Source: a virus
IMG/VR virus record: IMGVR_UViG_3300009124_000002
Location: 1 to 64,000 of that record
DNA length: 64,000 nt
Reading direction: 5' to 3' (one strand)
Of this stretch, positions 45,414 through 53,632 are shown in pieces. The notes under the pieces were generated by a model. That model ran no database searches. It was not told the origin of the DNA and was given only the letters and a program-made list of their open reading frames with translations. Numbering within the stretch: the first letter of the stretch is position 1; every line of letters starts with the position of its first letter. The position numbers were made by a program, and so were the translations under genes.

Positions 45414-45861
45414 TGGAGCTGGGTTAACCTATATTGTTTAACGTCGCACCCAGCTAGGTTCGACGAGCATGATGCGTCTTCTTTTCGGCAGACGTCTCCA
45501 CCTACACATAGGACACATTGGTGCACCGCTTGCCGAGCAGTATGACTCTTTCGAGTTTCATCCTTTAGGAATCATCAGATACGCTGTGGCAAAGAAAGTC
45601 GATCCATTTACAACCCCCGTTATTGTTTTGGTTGAAGGTGGACCAGACCTGATCGTTGGGTTATCGTGTAACGCCAACAAAGATTCGGCTTTTTATTTTG
45701 CCCTGTTGACATGGGGTCTCCTCTCTCTAGGGACTTACTGCTGAGCCGTAACAGCTTAAAGTTGGATATCATCACCATTGCCCTTTTGGGTCACCCACGG
45801 ATTCTCGGTGGTCTTCAATACCTTATCGGAGTATCTCCCGGAGAGTAGAACCTCTCTCAAT
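45414..45861 (-). ncRNA. structured non-coding leader RNA(s) of the tRNA operon, ending in TCCA
   Basis: No credible ORF between promoter and first tRNA; many hairpins and pseudoknots; includes a hammerhead. Confidence 0.65.
45530..45592 (-). ncRNA. type I hammerhead ribozyme (predicted cleavage between 45544 and 45543)
   Basis: TTGCCACAGCGTAT-CTGATGA-T-TCC-TAAA-GGA-T-GAAA-CTC-GAAA-GAG-TC-ATACTGCTCGGCAA: full core, three stems, GUC site. Confidence 0.8.
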
Positions 45862-45867
45862 TTTTAT

Positions 45868-45896
45868 ATTCTACATGAAGCCTTTGCTTCAGTCAA
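45868..45896 (-). promoter_or_regulatory. strong sigma70-type promoter TTGACT-17-TAGAAT for the ncRNA/tRNA/tmRNA operon
   Basis: Near-consensus hexamers; the spacer contains the inverted repeat TGAAGC-4-GCTTCA. Confidence 0.78.
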
Positions 45897-45902
45897 CTAT
45901 TC

Positions 45903-46166
45903 TTATTCTCCAAACACTAAAATTTCATCAGTGAAAAGCATCAAGAAGTCATGTAGGTCTCTATATTGTTCTCCTGCATAAACATACTCTTCAATCTTCT
46001 CCTGAAAGCCCAACTCATCATCAAAGACCTTTTTCAAATCATCACGGTCATGTAGTTTCTGCCAGAGTCGATTCATGATTACTGCACGACCATTATTGTC
46101 ATGGATTGGAAGGTCTTCCTTCGTGCGTTCAACCCATCTCTCATTGTGGTTGCTAATGTAAATCAT
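45903..46166 (-). CDS. hypothetical protein
   Basis: Co-oriented ORF, plausible composition. Confidence 0.6.
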   Translation of the reverse strand: MIYISNHNERWVERTKEDLPIHDNNGRAVIMNRLWQKLHDRDDLKKVFDDELGFQEKIEEYVYAGEQYRDLHDFLMLFTDEILVFGE

Positions 46167-46186
46167 AAAGTATCTATAAATTCAGT

Positions 46187-46384
46187 TTATGCCCGACGAA
46201 AAACAATATCTGAGGCTTCCCATAATGGTTGTCGGAGTTCCTCAAACATTTCATGTCGGTCAGCATCATCATGATGGAATCGATCAGCTTGATCTGCCGC
46301 ATAATCAGCAAGTGCAGTGAAGAAGTTTTCAAGGGCTTGACCATTCATCTCGTCCAGCATTTTGTATATTTCAATCTTACTCAT
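46187..46384 (-). CDS. hypothetical acidic protein
   Basis: Coupled ORF after the repeat protein. Confidence 0.6.
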   Translation of the reverse strand: MSKIEIYKMLDEMNGQALENFFTALADYAADQADRFHHDDADRHEMFEELRQPLWEASDIVFRRA

Positions 46385-46386
46385 AA

Positions 46387-47268
46387 TTATGCTTTCTTTA
46401 CGTAAACCACACCATCGATTGTTATTTCATTTGGGAATTGAGACACAGGCTCTTCTGTATCCCCAGAGACCACTGTATCCCCAGAGACCACTGTATCCCC
46501 AGAGACCACTGTATCCCCAGAGACCACTGCGTTCCAAGAGAGCACTGCACCCCCATAGACCTTTGCGTTCCCATAGACCCATGCGTCCCCAGAGACCTTT
46601 GCGAACCCAAAGACCAATGCGTTCCCATAGACCTCAGCGTCCTCATAGACCTCGGCACTTCCAAAGACCTCGGCACTTCCAAAGACCTCGGCGCCCCCAG
46701 AGACCTTTGCGTCCTCATAGACGCATGCAACGCCATAGACCTCAGCGTCCTCATAGACCTCGGCACTTCCAAAGACCTCGGCACTTCCAAAGACCTCGGC
46801 GCCCCCAGAGACCTTTGCGTCCTCATAGACGCATGCAACGCCATAGACCTCAGCGTCCTCATAGACCTCGGCACTTCCAAAGACCTCGGCACTTCCAAAG
46901 ACCTCGGCGCCCCCAGAGACCTTTGCGTCCTCATAGACGCATGCAACGCCATAGACCTCAGCGTTCCCATAGACCTTTGCGTTCCCATAGACCTCAGCGT
47001 CCTCATAGACCTCGGCACTTCCAAAGACCTCGGCGCCCCCAGAGACCTTTGCGTCCTCATAGACCAATGCATCGCCATAGACCTTTGCGTTCCCATAGAC
47101 CCATGCGTTCCCATAGACCCATGCATCACCATCATGACTCAGATTCTCCTCGGACTCGATGTATCCCCCAAGGTCACCTTTCTTTACGTCGCCAAAGTCC
47201 CGCAGGGCTTTGATGCGTCGGAGGTTTGGGTTGTCTGGATGGGCTTCGTTCGTGATTTCGTATTTCAT
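46387..47268 (-). CDS. hexapeptide-repeat (left-handed beta-helix) protein, copy 2 (start revised to ATG 47268)
   Basis: MKYEITNEAHPDNPNLRRIKALRDFGDVKKGDLGGYIESEENL..., then A.V.G. hexapeptides; paralog of 29612-30349. Confidence 0.82.
   Translation of the reverse strand: MKYEITNEAHPDNPNLRRIKALRDFGDVKKGDLGGYIESEENLSHDGDAWVYGNAWVYGNAKVYGDALVYEDAKVSGGAEVFGSAEVYEDAEVYGNAKVYGNAEVYGVACVYEDAKVSGGAEVFGSAEVFGSAEVYEDAEVYGVACVYEDAKVSGGAEVFGSAEVFGSAEVYEDAEVYGVACVYEDAKVSGGAEVFGSAEVFGSAEVYEDAEVYGNALVFGFAKVSGDAWVYGNAKVYGGAVLSWNAVVSGDTVVSGDTVVSGDTVVSGDTEEPVSQFPNEITIDGVVYVKKA
46625..46964. repeat. 108-bp perfect tandem repeat x3 (plus partial) built from 18-bp units
   Basis: Unit starts ccatagacctcagcgt at 46625, 46733, 46841 and 46949. 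Confidence 0.88.
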
Positions 47269-47293
47269 AGTGTTGTTTCTCATTACGTAGATC

Positions 47294-47322
47294 ATACTAG
47301 ACCATTTCTGGATTCCCGTCAA
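47294..47322 (-). promoter_or_regulatory. early promoter TTGACG-17-TAGTAT
   Basis: Hexamers read directly; leader CGTAATGAGAAACAAC shared with the next cassette. Confidence 0.7.
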
Positions 47323-47416
47323 CCCCTCTCATTTGTTAAAGGGACCATCCAGTTGGTGCCTGTTAACTAACTGACTAAATTGTTAAAGCAACACTCTACC
47401 AGAGAACGCAGAAATG

Positions 47417-47563
47417 TCAATCTCTTTCTATACCGAAATCCTTATTCCAACAGAACCCGCAAATACGGAACCCAAAAACCCAAACAGCGATTCTGAAGTA
47501 TCCCGGCATACTATTAGTGAATAGTCCAGTCTTGATTCTGCGAAAAGATATATTGATGTTCAT
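47417..47563 (-). CDS. small hypothetical early protein (start revised to ATG 47563)
   Basis: Follows the repeated promoter/leader. Confidence 0.5.
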   Translation of the reverse strand: MNINISFRRIKTGLFTNSMPGYFRIAVWVFGFRICGFCWNKDFGIERD

Positions 47564-47588
47564 GTCGTTGTTTCTCATTACGAGAGAC

Positions 47589-47637
47589 ATTCTGCCTGAA
47601 GATCGCGGATCCGACAACCCCTAAAAGCACTTTTTTT
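47589..47637 (-). promoter_or_regulatory. early promoter TTGTCG-17-CAGAAT; second copy of the 29-bp repeat
   Basis: 47609-47637 is identical to 33369-33397. Confidence 0.7.
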
Positions 47638-47670
47638 ACGTTACCGTTAAAGGTGTTGGTAATCAACGAC

Positions 47671-48342
47671 TTACGAAGATTTTTGTGCGGCTTTTCTGGT
47701 TCTCCTCGCAGGTTTTTTGGATTTTTCGGCTGCTTTCAACTCAGCTTCCTTGAGGAGAGCTTGGAGGTTTTCAAGATGGGCTTGCCTCTTTTCAAGACGT
47801 TCAAGAACCTCTTTGGTCCCCATCCAGAGATCCTTATTATCCAGCACGGACTTGATTTCATCCTGAGTCAAGAAACCATCGTATGCATCATGAAGAAGAT
47901 TCTCGCTCCACTTACGCTCATGAACAATGTTGTCATACATCTCTCCACCCTTACCAAGAGAACCACCAGAGTAATTGTGAATCATGAACATCGCATGAGG
48001 AGAGACTTCATATTCATGACCCATCAGGAAGAGCAGAGTTGCAGCAGACATGCACGCACCTTCAACGGCAATTTGAATTGTTGCCTCTGTCTCAGCAAGG
48101 ACATGAACAAATTGAATTGCAGTCCAGAGGTCACCACCGGGAGAGTTGATGTGAAGCTTTACTACATCAGTTGCATTTGCATTTCGAATCGTATGAAACC
48201 ACTCAGTATATTGGTCAGCAGATTCAATTGCTCCAGTAACGTAGAACTCATGAACATGACCATAGGTGTAACTAAAGTTGTTACTCTGACGCTTATTAAT
48301 GAGGTCCGCAACTGGATTAGATATATCAGAATTATTCATCAT
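47671..48342 (-). CDS. ClpP-like serine protease (S14)
   Basis: LHINSPGG...GACMSAAT...MFMIHNYS...DLWM. Confidence 0.85.
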   Translation of the reverse strand: MMNNSDISNPVADLINKRQSNNFSYTYGHVHEFYVTGAIESADQYTEWFHTIRNANATDVVKLHINSPGGDLWTAIQFVHVLAETEATIQIAVEGACMSAATLLFLMGHEYEVSPHAMFMIHNYSGGSLGKGGEMYDNIVHERKWSENLLHDAYDGFLTQDEIKSVLDNKDLWMGTKEVLERLEKRQAHLENLQALLKEAELKAAEKSKKPARRTRKAAQKSS

Positions 48343-48463
48343 TTGAATTACGGGACTGTTTCTTATCTAGCCGTCTTTGGCGATCAAATTTGTCATATGA
48401 ATCGTCTCGGCGTGTCTTATCGCGCTTTTTGTTCTTCCATTTATTGTATCGTTGATTACTCAT
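48332..48463 (-). CDS. small basic hypothetical protein (MSNQRYNKWKNKKRDK...)
   Basis: 43-aa ORF overlapping both neighbours' ends. Confidence 0.45.
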   Translation of the reverse strand: MSNQRYNKWKNKKRDKTRRDDSYDKFDRQRRLDKKQSRNSNDE

Positions 48464-49199
48464 TGATCAATGTCATAGGTTGTGTGTTCTTCTCTTCAAG
48501 TTCTTTGGTCATGATATAGTCTCTGACTATCCCACTACGACAGATATCTTCCCATCCAAAGCGAATGTGCTTGAAGTAATTCATCTTCTCAAGGATACTC
48601 AGAAATTTATTGATGCCTTCACGTTCATTATTACGAGTGAAGTCAGACTGGTAGTAGTCGCCAGCAAAGATGATTCGCGAACCTTCACCAATACGAGTGA
48701 TGACGGAATCCAATTCATGAAAGTTGCAGTTTTGCATTTCATCCACAATTACAATTGAATTTCGCAGAGTGATTCCACGAATGTAACTTGTTGTCATGAA
48801 GCGAATCACATCGCGTTCAGTCAGCATATGCCAAGCTTTGCCGTCTGCATAAAGTTCATTCACCACGTTCTCGTAAGGTGTGGTATATGCCGCTTCCTTT
48901 TCCTTTTGTGAACCGGGAAGGAATCCCATATCACGGGTGGGAACGACAGAACGAACAATGATGACCTTCTTTCGATACTGTGACTCCTTGGATTCAGACA
49001 GTGCTTGGTGAAGGGCAATGAATGTCTTACCGCAACCAGCAGCACCAGAAAGAATCATATTGTAACCTTTCTCGTAGTAACGAAAGAAGTCCTCCTGACC
49101 CTGAGAGAAAGGAGAGATATCAATCAACCTCTTTCTCCAAGAACCAGTGGATGCTCTCCCACTACTCTTAGTATCCTCCGACTGTTTTTTTGGTGCCAT
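48456..49199 (-). CDS. phoH: PhoH-family ATPase
   Basis: GAAGCGKTFIA...RS.VPTRD.GFLPG..EK...RG.TL...IVDE.QN...TRIG...GD..QSD...D..RSG.V. Confidence 0.93.
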   Translation of the reverse strand: MAPKKQSEDTKSSGRASTGSWRKRLIDISPFSQGQEDFFRYYEKGYNMILSGAAGCGKTFIALHQALSESKESQYRKKVIIVRSVVPTRDMGFLPGSQKEKEAAYTTPYENVVNELYADGKAWHMLTERDVIRFMTTSYIRGITLRNSIVIVDEMQNCNFHELDSVITRIGEGSRIIFAGDYYQSDFTRNNEREGINKFLSILEKMNYFKHIRFGWEDICRSGIVRDYIMTKELEEKNTQPMTLINE

Positions 49200-49452
49200 C
49201 TTTTAGTTTGTTTGGGTGTGCTCTCTGGATTTGCTCCATGCGATTTATGAAGTCGCTTCCTGCTCCCTGTCTTGCTCTTTGCTGAATAGTCTTTGCTCCA
49301 GCATAGGACATATAAGGGGCAGCAATACCACGCTTCACTGAATGTGCTGCACACTGAGGGCAGGGTCTTTCGGTTGGAATGTCACGGTTAATAATCTGAT
49401 TGTTTTCTTCAAATTCATAACCGCATTTTTCACAGTGATAGTCGTATATCAT
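49168..49452 (-). CDS. FmdB-family zinc-ribbon protein
   Basis: YDYHCEKCG..FE...CPQC. Confidence 0.8.
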   Translation of the reverse strand: MIYDYHCEKCGYEFEENNQIINRDIPTERPCPQCAAHSVKRGIAAPYMSYAGAKTIQQRARQGAGSDFINRMEQIQRAHPNKLKDGTKKTVGGY

Positions 49453-49616
49453 TTCGAAATCATGCTTTCAAGTTTACAAACGACATCAGTGAGTCGTTTG
49501 AGTTTTGCGTGGTAGAAGGGTATGTTTTCATGATCATCATCTTTCTCAAGGCGACGAATATAGTGTTGAGTTTTCTCCAAATCCTCTTTGAGACGTTTTA
49601 GTTGGGATAGAATCAT
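49449..49616 (-). CDS. small coiled-coil hypothetical protein (MILSQLKRLKEDLEK...)
   Basis: 55-aa ORF with ATGA coupling to FmdB-like gene. Confidence 0.5.
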   Translation of the reverse strand: MILSQLKRLKEDLEKTQHYIRRLEKDDDHENIPFYHAKLKRLTDVVCKLESMISK

Positions 49617-49648
49617 AATAACCAGAGCCTTTGCTACACTGGCATTAT

Positions 49649-50098
49649 TTATTGCTTCTCCTGAATCAGAGTAGGGAAGGCACGACTCACCAAGGCAGGA
49701 GTCAATGCTGAATACAACTTGTTCAGCTTCTTATCCTTAATGGCAATAATAATGTCAGCATCCTTGTGATGCATTGCCTCTAGCATCTGAATGAATTTAA
49801 TTTCTTTTCTTGCTCTTGGGAGTTTGGATTGCTTGACCAAATGCTTGAGTTCCTTGATAAGTTTATCAATACGACCAGCACTGAACTCAGGAGGATTCTT
49901 ATCCTTCTTGTAAGGCGCATCTCCTTCAGGAAGGTCAAACTCAATCCAATCATTGAAGTTAACCTGAAGGATAGTCTTGAGAGTAAACGATTCATTTTCC
50001 TTGAGAACCGCGATACGGTCGCTCATGGCACGAACTGCCTGAACCTTCTCAAAGATTTCGTGGGGGAACAGCTTTAGTGGGTTTACTTTTTTATTCAT
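49649..50098 (-). CDS. conserved hypothetical protein of T4-like marine phages
   Basis: EI..KV...L...F.....F.LPEG..PY...E..FIQ.LE..H..DA......KDK.L...AFP. Confidence 0.75.
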   Translation of the reverse strand: MNKKVNPLKLFPHEIFEKVQAVRAMSDRIAVLKENESFTLKTILQVNFNDWIEFDLPEGDAPYKKDKNPPEFSAGRIDKLIKELKHLVKQSKLPRARKEIKFIQMLEAMHHKDADIIIAIKDKKLNKLYSALTPALVSRAFPTLIQEKQ

Positions 50099-50100
50099 TA

Positions 50101-50967
50101 TTAATTTGTGTAGAAATCTTGGACGCTTTCAATCAGCATATTGCATCGCTTCTCGACAAGGTAACCAAAGATCTTTGCATTATTCTTATTTGCTTCGGAA
50201 TTATATAGTTTATGAATATCATCACGTATCTCATTCGGAGTGTGCTCAAGCTCAATGAGTTGCTTGTTGCGATAGAAGTTGCGATACTCCTCCTTGGAGA
50301 TTTCATTCTCCAGCATACCACGATTGAATGCCTCATACATCTCTTCAATCTTCTTGGCACGAAGTGGACGCTGCCGCTTGTTCTCCACAAAGGTATCATC
50401 AGGACTCAGCATATTAGGAACACCATCGCCGGTGTCGCCTTTGCAGATATGCTCAAAGAGATAGTAGTGAGGATCCTCAACAGTAATAAAGTCGCGCTTC
50501 ATGGGAGAGAACTGCTTGACATTATTGAAACGATGAAGCTGGAGGAAGTCCTTGTCGCTTGATACGATCAAGACAGGTTCGTTCTGACCAAACTCCTGAG
50601 TCTTCTTGACTAACTCACCGATGACATCGTCTGCCTCTGCTCCATTTACATGCAATACTCGATATGGAAAGGATTCCCGCAACTCATCACGGACCATACC
50701 AATTAGGTTGAAGAACTTGCTCCAGTCTAGAGGTGATTGGTCTCGCGTTTTCTTTCGCGCTGCTTTGTATTGAGGAAACCTTTCCTTGCGCCAAGAAAAT
50801 GAATCGCAGGCAATAACCATCTCACCATACTCTTCGCGAAATTGCACATTGTAACGCCGAATGCTATTCAGTATCATGTGACGAATCAAACCTTCTTCAA
50901 TTTCTTCAGGACGATCTTGAGAGAAGATCGACGCCACGGCAATACCACTGTAGTCTAGGATTATCAT
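50101..50967 (-). CDS. rnh: T4-type RNase H (5'-3' exonuclease; start revised to ATG 50967)
   Basis: RHMILNS...WR...FP.YK..RK..R...EADD.I...IVSSDKDF.QL...GD.GDGVPN.LS; promoter TTTACT-17-TATAAT at 50977-51005. Confidence 0.92.
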   Translation of the reverse strand: MIILDYSGIAVASIFSQDRPEEIEEGLIRHMILNSIRRYNVQFREEYGEMVIACDSFSWRKERFPQYKAARKKTRDQSPLDWSKFFNLIGMVRDELRESFPYRVLHVNGAEADDVIGELVKKTQEFGQNEPVLIVSSDKDFLQLHRFNNVKQFSPMKRDFITVEDPHYYLFEHICKGDTGDGVPNMLSPDDTFVENKRQRPLRAKKIEEMYEAFNRGMLENEISKEEYRNFYRNKQLIELEHTPNEIRDDIHKLYNSEANKNNAKIFGYLVEKRCNMLIESVQDFYTN

Positions 50968-50977
50968 AGTGCGTCTA

Positions 50978-51424
50978 TTATACAGTGTTCTTTTCGGCAA
51001 GTAAAGCGACTTTTTCTGAATACTTAAAAAGGTGCTTTTTTGTAACCTTGAGGGATATCCATGAATTGTAGTAATTCTTGTCAAGCAAAACTCCACGGTC
51101 GATCTGCTCCTTAGCCTCTAGATAAGCGCACTCAGATTTGCTGGAACACAAGTGAAGAATCTCTCGAGAAAAGTTATGCTCACCAGCAATCTGGATATCT
51201 TTCTGCAATTCATCATTAGAACCCCAATACTCTTGCCAATTCGACTCATACAGCTTTCGGGTCGTCTTGCCATTGACTTTGCGGCTCTTCATTGCCCAGA
51301 AGAACTTCTTCCCAACATACTGCCTACCATCAATCAGATTGGTGATGAGATACACAAACCCATACAGCTCCTTTCTATCAGGAGTTGCCGAGTAAACTTC
51401 ATTCTTATAAGTCCATTCCACCAT
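50978..51424 (-). CDS. GIY-YIG (Seg-like) endonuclease
   Basis: YGFVYLITN...GR.YVGKK.F...W..YWGS...F.REIL...E...YYN. Confidence 0.82.
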   Translation of the reverse strand: MVEWTYKNEVYSATPDRKELYGFVYLITNLIDGRQYVGKKFFWAMKSRKVNGKTTRKLYESNWQEYWGSNDELQKDIQIAGEHNFSREILHLCSSKSECAYLEAKEQIDRGVLLDKNYYNSWISLKVTKKHLFKYSEKVALLAEKNTV

Positions 51425-51481
51425 TGTCTTGCCTTGACTTTTAATGTATAATCGATTCGTGAGCCAAAGGAACTCTAAGGT

Positions 51482-52132
51482 TCAAGTTGATTGAAGATTA
51501 ATACGTTCCCTTATGTGTCTCTTTCCAATAGGTCCAGTCCAGTGAATGATCTTTGCATCATGGTTGAAACCACGTTTTTTGATATCAAGTCTCAACCATT
51601 GGTATTTTGCTGGCATTTCATTGACATATTCTTTTGTATTTTTGATCAAGGCATAAAGTGCCTCTTGATCCCCTCTGTCAATTCCCAAAAGAGACCTTTT
51701 GGTCCACCTTTCTAGAATTTTGGGTTTATCTTTAAATACAACAACACCACTCTGCCAATATGCCCAATTATGTGCATATGAGTATGGATCTGGTGTTAAT
51801 GCTAATTTTTCATCTTTGGCATATTGAAAGATTTCACTAAATGGTTTTAATACCTCACAGTCGATGTCCAACCAACAGGTATACTTATATGGGCTAGAGA
51901 GCATGGCTTTAGGTTTCATAAACCATGTTTTCTTATCAGCTATCTTACTGACTGATATGAATTCTACATCATCTTTGAAGCGTTCTTTCATTTCAGGTGT
52001 CAGACCAAAATCAGCAACAACAATTGGAGTCTTTGGCATATGCCGTTTGACATTCATAAACCACCAAGGCAATAACCAGAATTGATGTGCATCACATCCA
52101 GTCAGAATACATCTATCGGATAAAGAGGACAT
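51482..52132 (-). CDS. GT-A glycosyltransferase (GT8-like)
   Basis: W..KP.A...SP......LDIDC...SGVV...GDQE.L...IIHWTG. Confidence 0.72.
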   Translation of the reverse strand: MSSLSDRCILTGCDAHQFWLLPWWFMNVKRHMPKTPIVVADFGLTPEMKERFKDDVEFISVSKIADKKTWFMKPKAMLSSPYKYTCWLDIDCEVLKPFSEIFQYAKDEKLALTPDPYSYAHNWAYWQSGVVVFKDKPKILERWTKRSLLGIDRGDQEALYALIKNTKEYVNEMPAKYQWLRLDIKKRGFNHDAKIIHWTGPIGKRHIRERINLQST

Positions 52133-52832
52133 CTTTGTTCTTTCTTGCTATCTGCTTATACCCATATGACTTCATCAGAGAAAGACACTCTTTATTCTTT
52201 TGAATATCTTCTTTTGAAAGTCGATTTCTGAACGTGGAGTTGAAAATCTCAAGAACTATCGCTGGTCTCTCCCTGTCAATGGTTTCCTTTGCCCCCTCAA
52301 GGAATTCAAGTTCATGACCTTCAATGTCCACCTTAATGAAGCTGATGTTTTTGATGTTTAGGTCATCCAGTTTTACAAATTCAACGATTGCAAACCCATG
52401 ATCGTCTTTGTTTATCTTATTAAACTGCCCTTGTCCCCTTACGGCTTCAAGATGAGAATCAGATGATGGAAAGTTGATTGCCATTTCCCCAGCCGAATTC
52501 GACAACGCAAGTTTCTTCAATTCAACATTGTTAAGATCGTTTACACGAACCAACTCTTTGAGAATTTCTTGATTGATTGCAACAGGTTCAAAACCAATAA
52601 CATGGACCTTACCTCCATGTAATCTTGAGAATGGGAGAATCTTTGATCCAATATTTGCACCAACATCGAGAATGACTGTGTTTGGTTTGCTATACTGTTC
52701 TGCCCACTTATCAATCCACGGTTGATACTCACCAAGATTCTCTAGGGCTTTGATGATGTCTTTATCAGAAGACCTATCATAAATCTCTTGTGGAACAACG
52801 TATAGACCTGATGGTGTTGAAATCTGTTTCAT
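52113..52832 (-). CDS. FkbM-family methyltransferase
   Basis: LDVGANIG...GFEP...LDD...FIKVDIEGHE..L.GA..TI...RP.I..E. Confidence 0.9.
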   Translation of the reverse strand: MKQISTPSGLYVVPQEIYDRSSDKDIIKALENLGEYQPWIDKWAEQYSKPNTVILDVGANIGSKILPFSRLHGGKVHVIGFEPVAINQEILKELVRVNDLNNVELKKLALSNSAGEMAINFPSSDSHLEAVRGQGQFNKINKDDHGFAIVEFVKLDDLNIKNISFIKVDIEGHELEFLEGAKETIDRERPAIVLEIFNSTFRNRLSKEDIQKNKECLSLMKSYGYKQIARKNKDVLFIR

Positions 52833-53632
52833 AGTAATGCTCTGATTTGGGCATAAAGTTCGTCAATTGATATACAGACTTTACTTATACCTCTCAACCA
52901 GTCTCGCATCAAATCTTCCTTCGGCATCTTGACATTTTCAATATCAGAAATTGTAGACGAACAAACAGGAGAAGCAACGCAAGAACGCAAAGTGATTGTT
53001 GGAATACCACAAAGTATTGATTCAAGACCTGCCACGCTTCCCCAACTGACAGTGCAATGAATATCACCCACCTCTAACCTTTTCCAAAATTGATTCTTAA
53101 TGAATCTCTCTCTTGCTCCCTTTGTGGGGAATCCTCGAAACTCAATTTCCCGGTCTGTATATTTGCGGATCTCCTGAGTTATCTCTTCTGAAAGGGCATT
53201 GATATCAATATTGTGATAGGTGCAAGCAACATGACCCGGTAGAGCAACAAGTATCTTATTGCCCCTTTTGAATTTAACTGGAGAAACACCTAGATTTCTA
53301 AGACGATCATCACTGTTGTATCGTATGAATTCGCAATGCTGAATGTCATTAGGAACAAGGCGAAACCACTTCTTGTATTTTGCATAACCAGATGTTTGAA
53401 ATGGTGCATTGACATTGCCGAGATATGCTGAGTCTAGTGTGTAGAAGGGTCTTCCGACTCTCCAGCACTCTTTGATTACTTCCATTTTTTGAGGGCAAGC
53501 ACCAAACATCACGATAGGATCATTTGATTCATGCACACGTTCTGGCGGGAAGTCGTCCTGTTTCGTTAAAGGATGACTCAGATGAGTGGCAATCTTGTGT
53601 ATCCGAGAACCTTTGTTGCCAAGTAATATCAT
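52829..53632 (-). CDS. GT-B capsule-biosynthesis (KpsS/KpsC-like) protein (start revised to ATG 53632)
   Basis: D.AY...ILVA.P...IRK.TDR.I.FR..P...VSWGS.AGLESIL.GIP. Confidence 0.55.
   Translation of the reverse strand: MILLGNKGSRIHKIATHLSHPLTKQDDFPPERVHESNDPIVMFGACPQKMEVIKECWRVGRPFYTLDSAYLGNVNAPFQTSGYAKYKKWFRLVPNDIQHCEFIRYNSDDRLRNLGVSPVKFKRGNKILVALPGHVACTYHNIDINALSEEITQEIRKYTDREIEFRGFPTKGARERFIKNQFWKRLEVGDIHCTVSWGSVAGLESILCGIPTITLRSCVASPVCSSTISDIENVKMPKEDLMRDWLRGISKVCISIDELYAQIRALL

Noticed and set aside
45414-45465. Pistol ribozyme (CGUCG/CGACG P1, UUAAA linker, CUGGG/CCCAG pseudoknot)
   Set aside because: The loop is 14 nt rather than ~6, and the downstream GCG, P3 and GU cleavage junction are absent; kept only as an unclassified motif
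45770-45815. HDV-like/theta ribozyme (CCC-AAAA-GGG-CAA-TGGT)
   Set aside because: No P1 helix or canonical L3 could be assigned, and it is not directly 3' of a tRNA
44415-45981. Plus-strand ORFs across the tmRNA/tRNA/leader region
   Set aside because: Antisense to structural RNAs, with no protein-like features
46455-47125. Regular repeats resembling a CRISPR array
   Set aside because: Tandem in-frame coding repeats with no unique spacers and no cas genes
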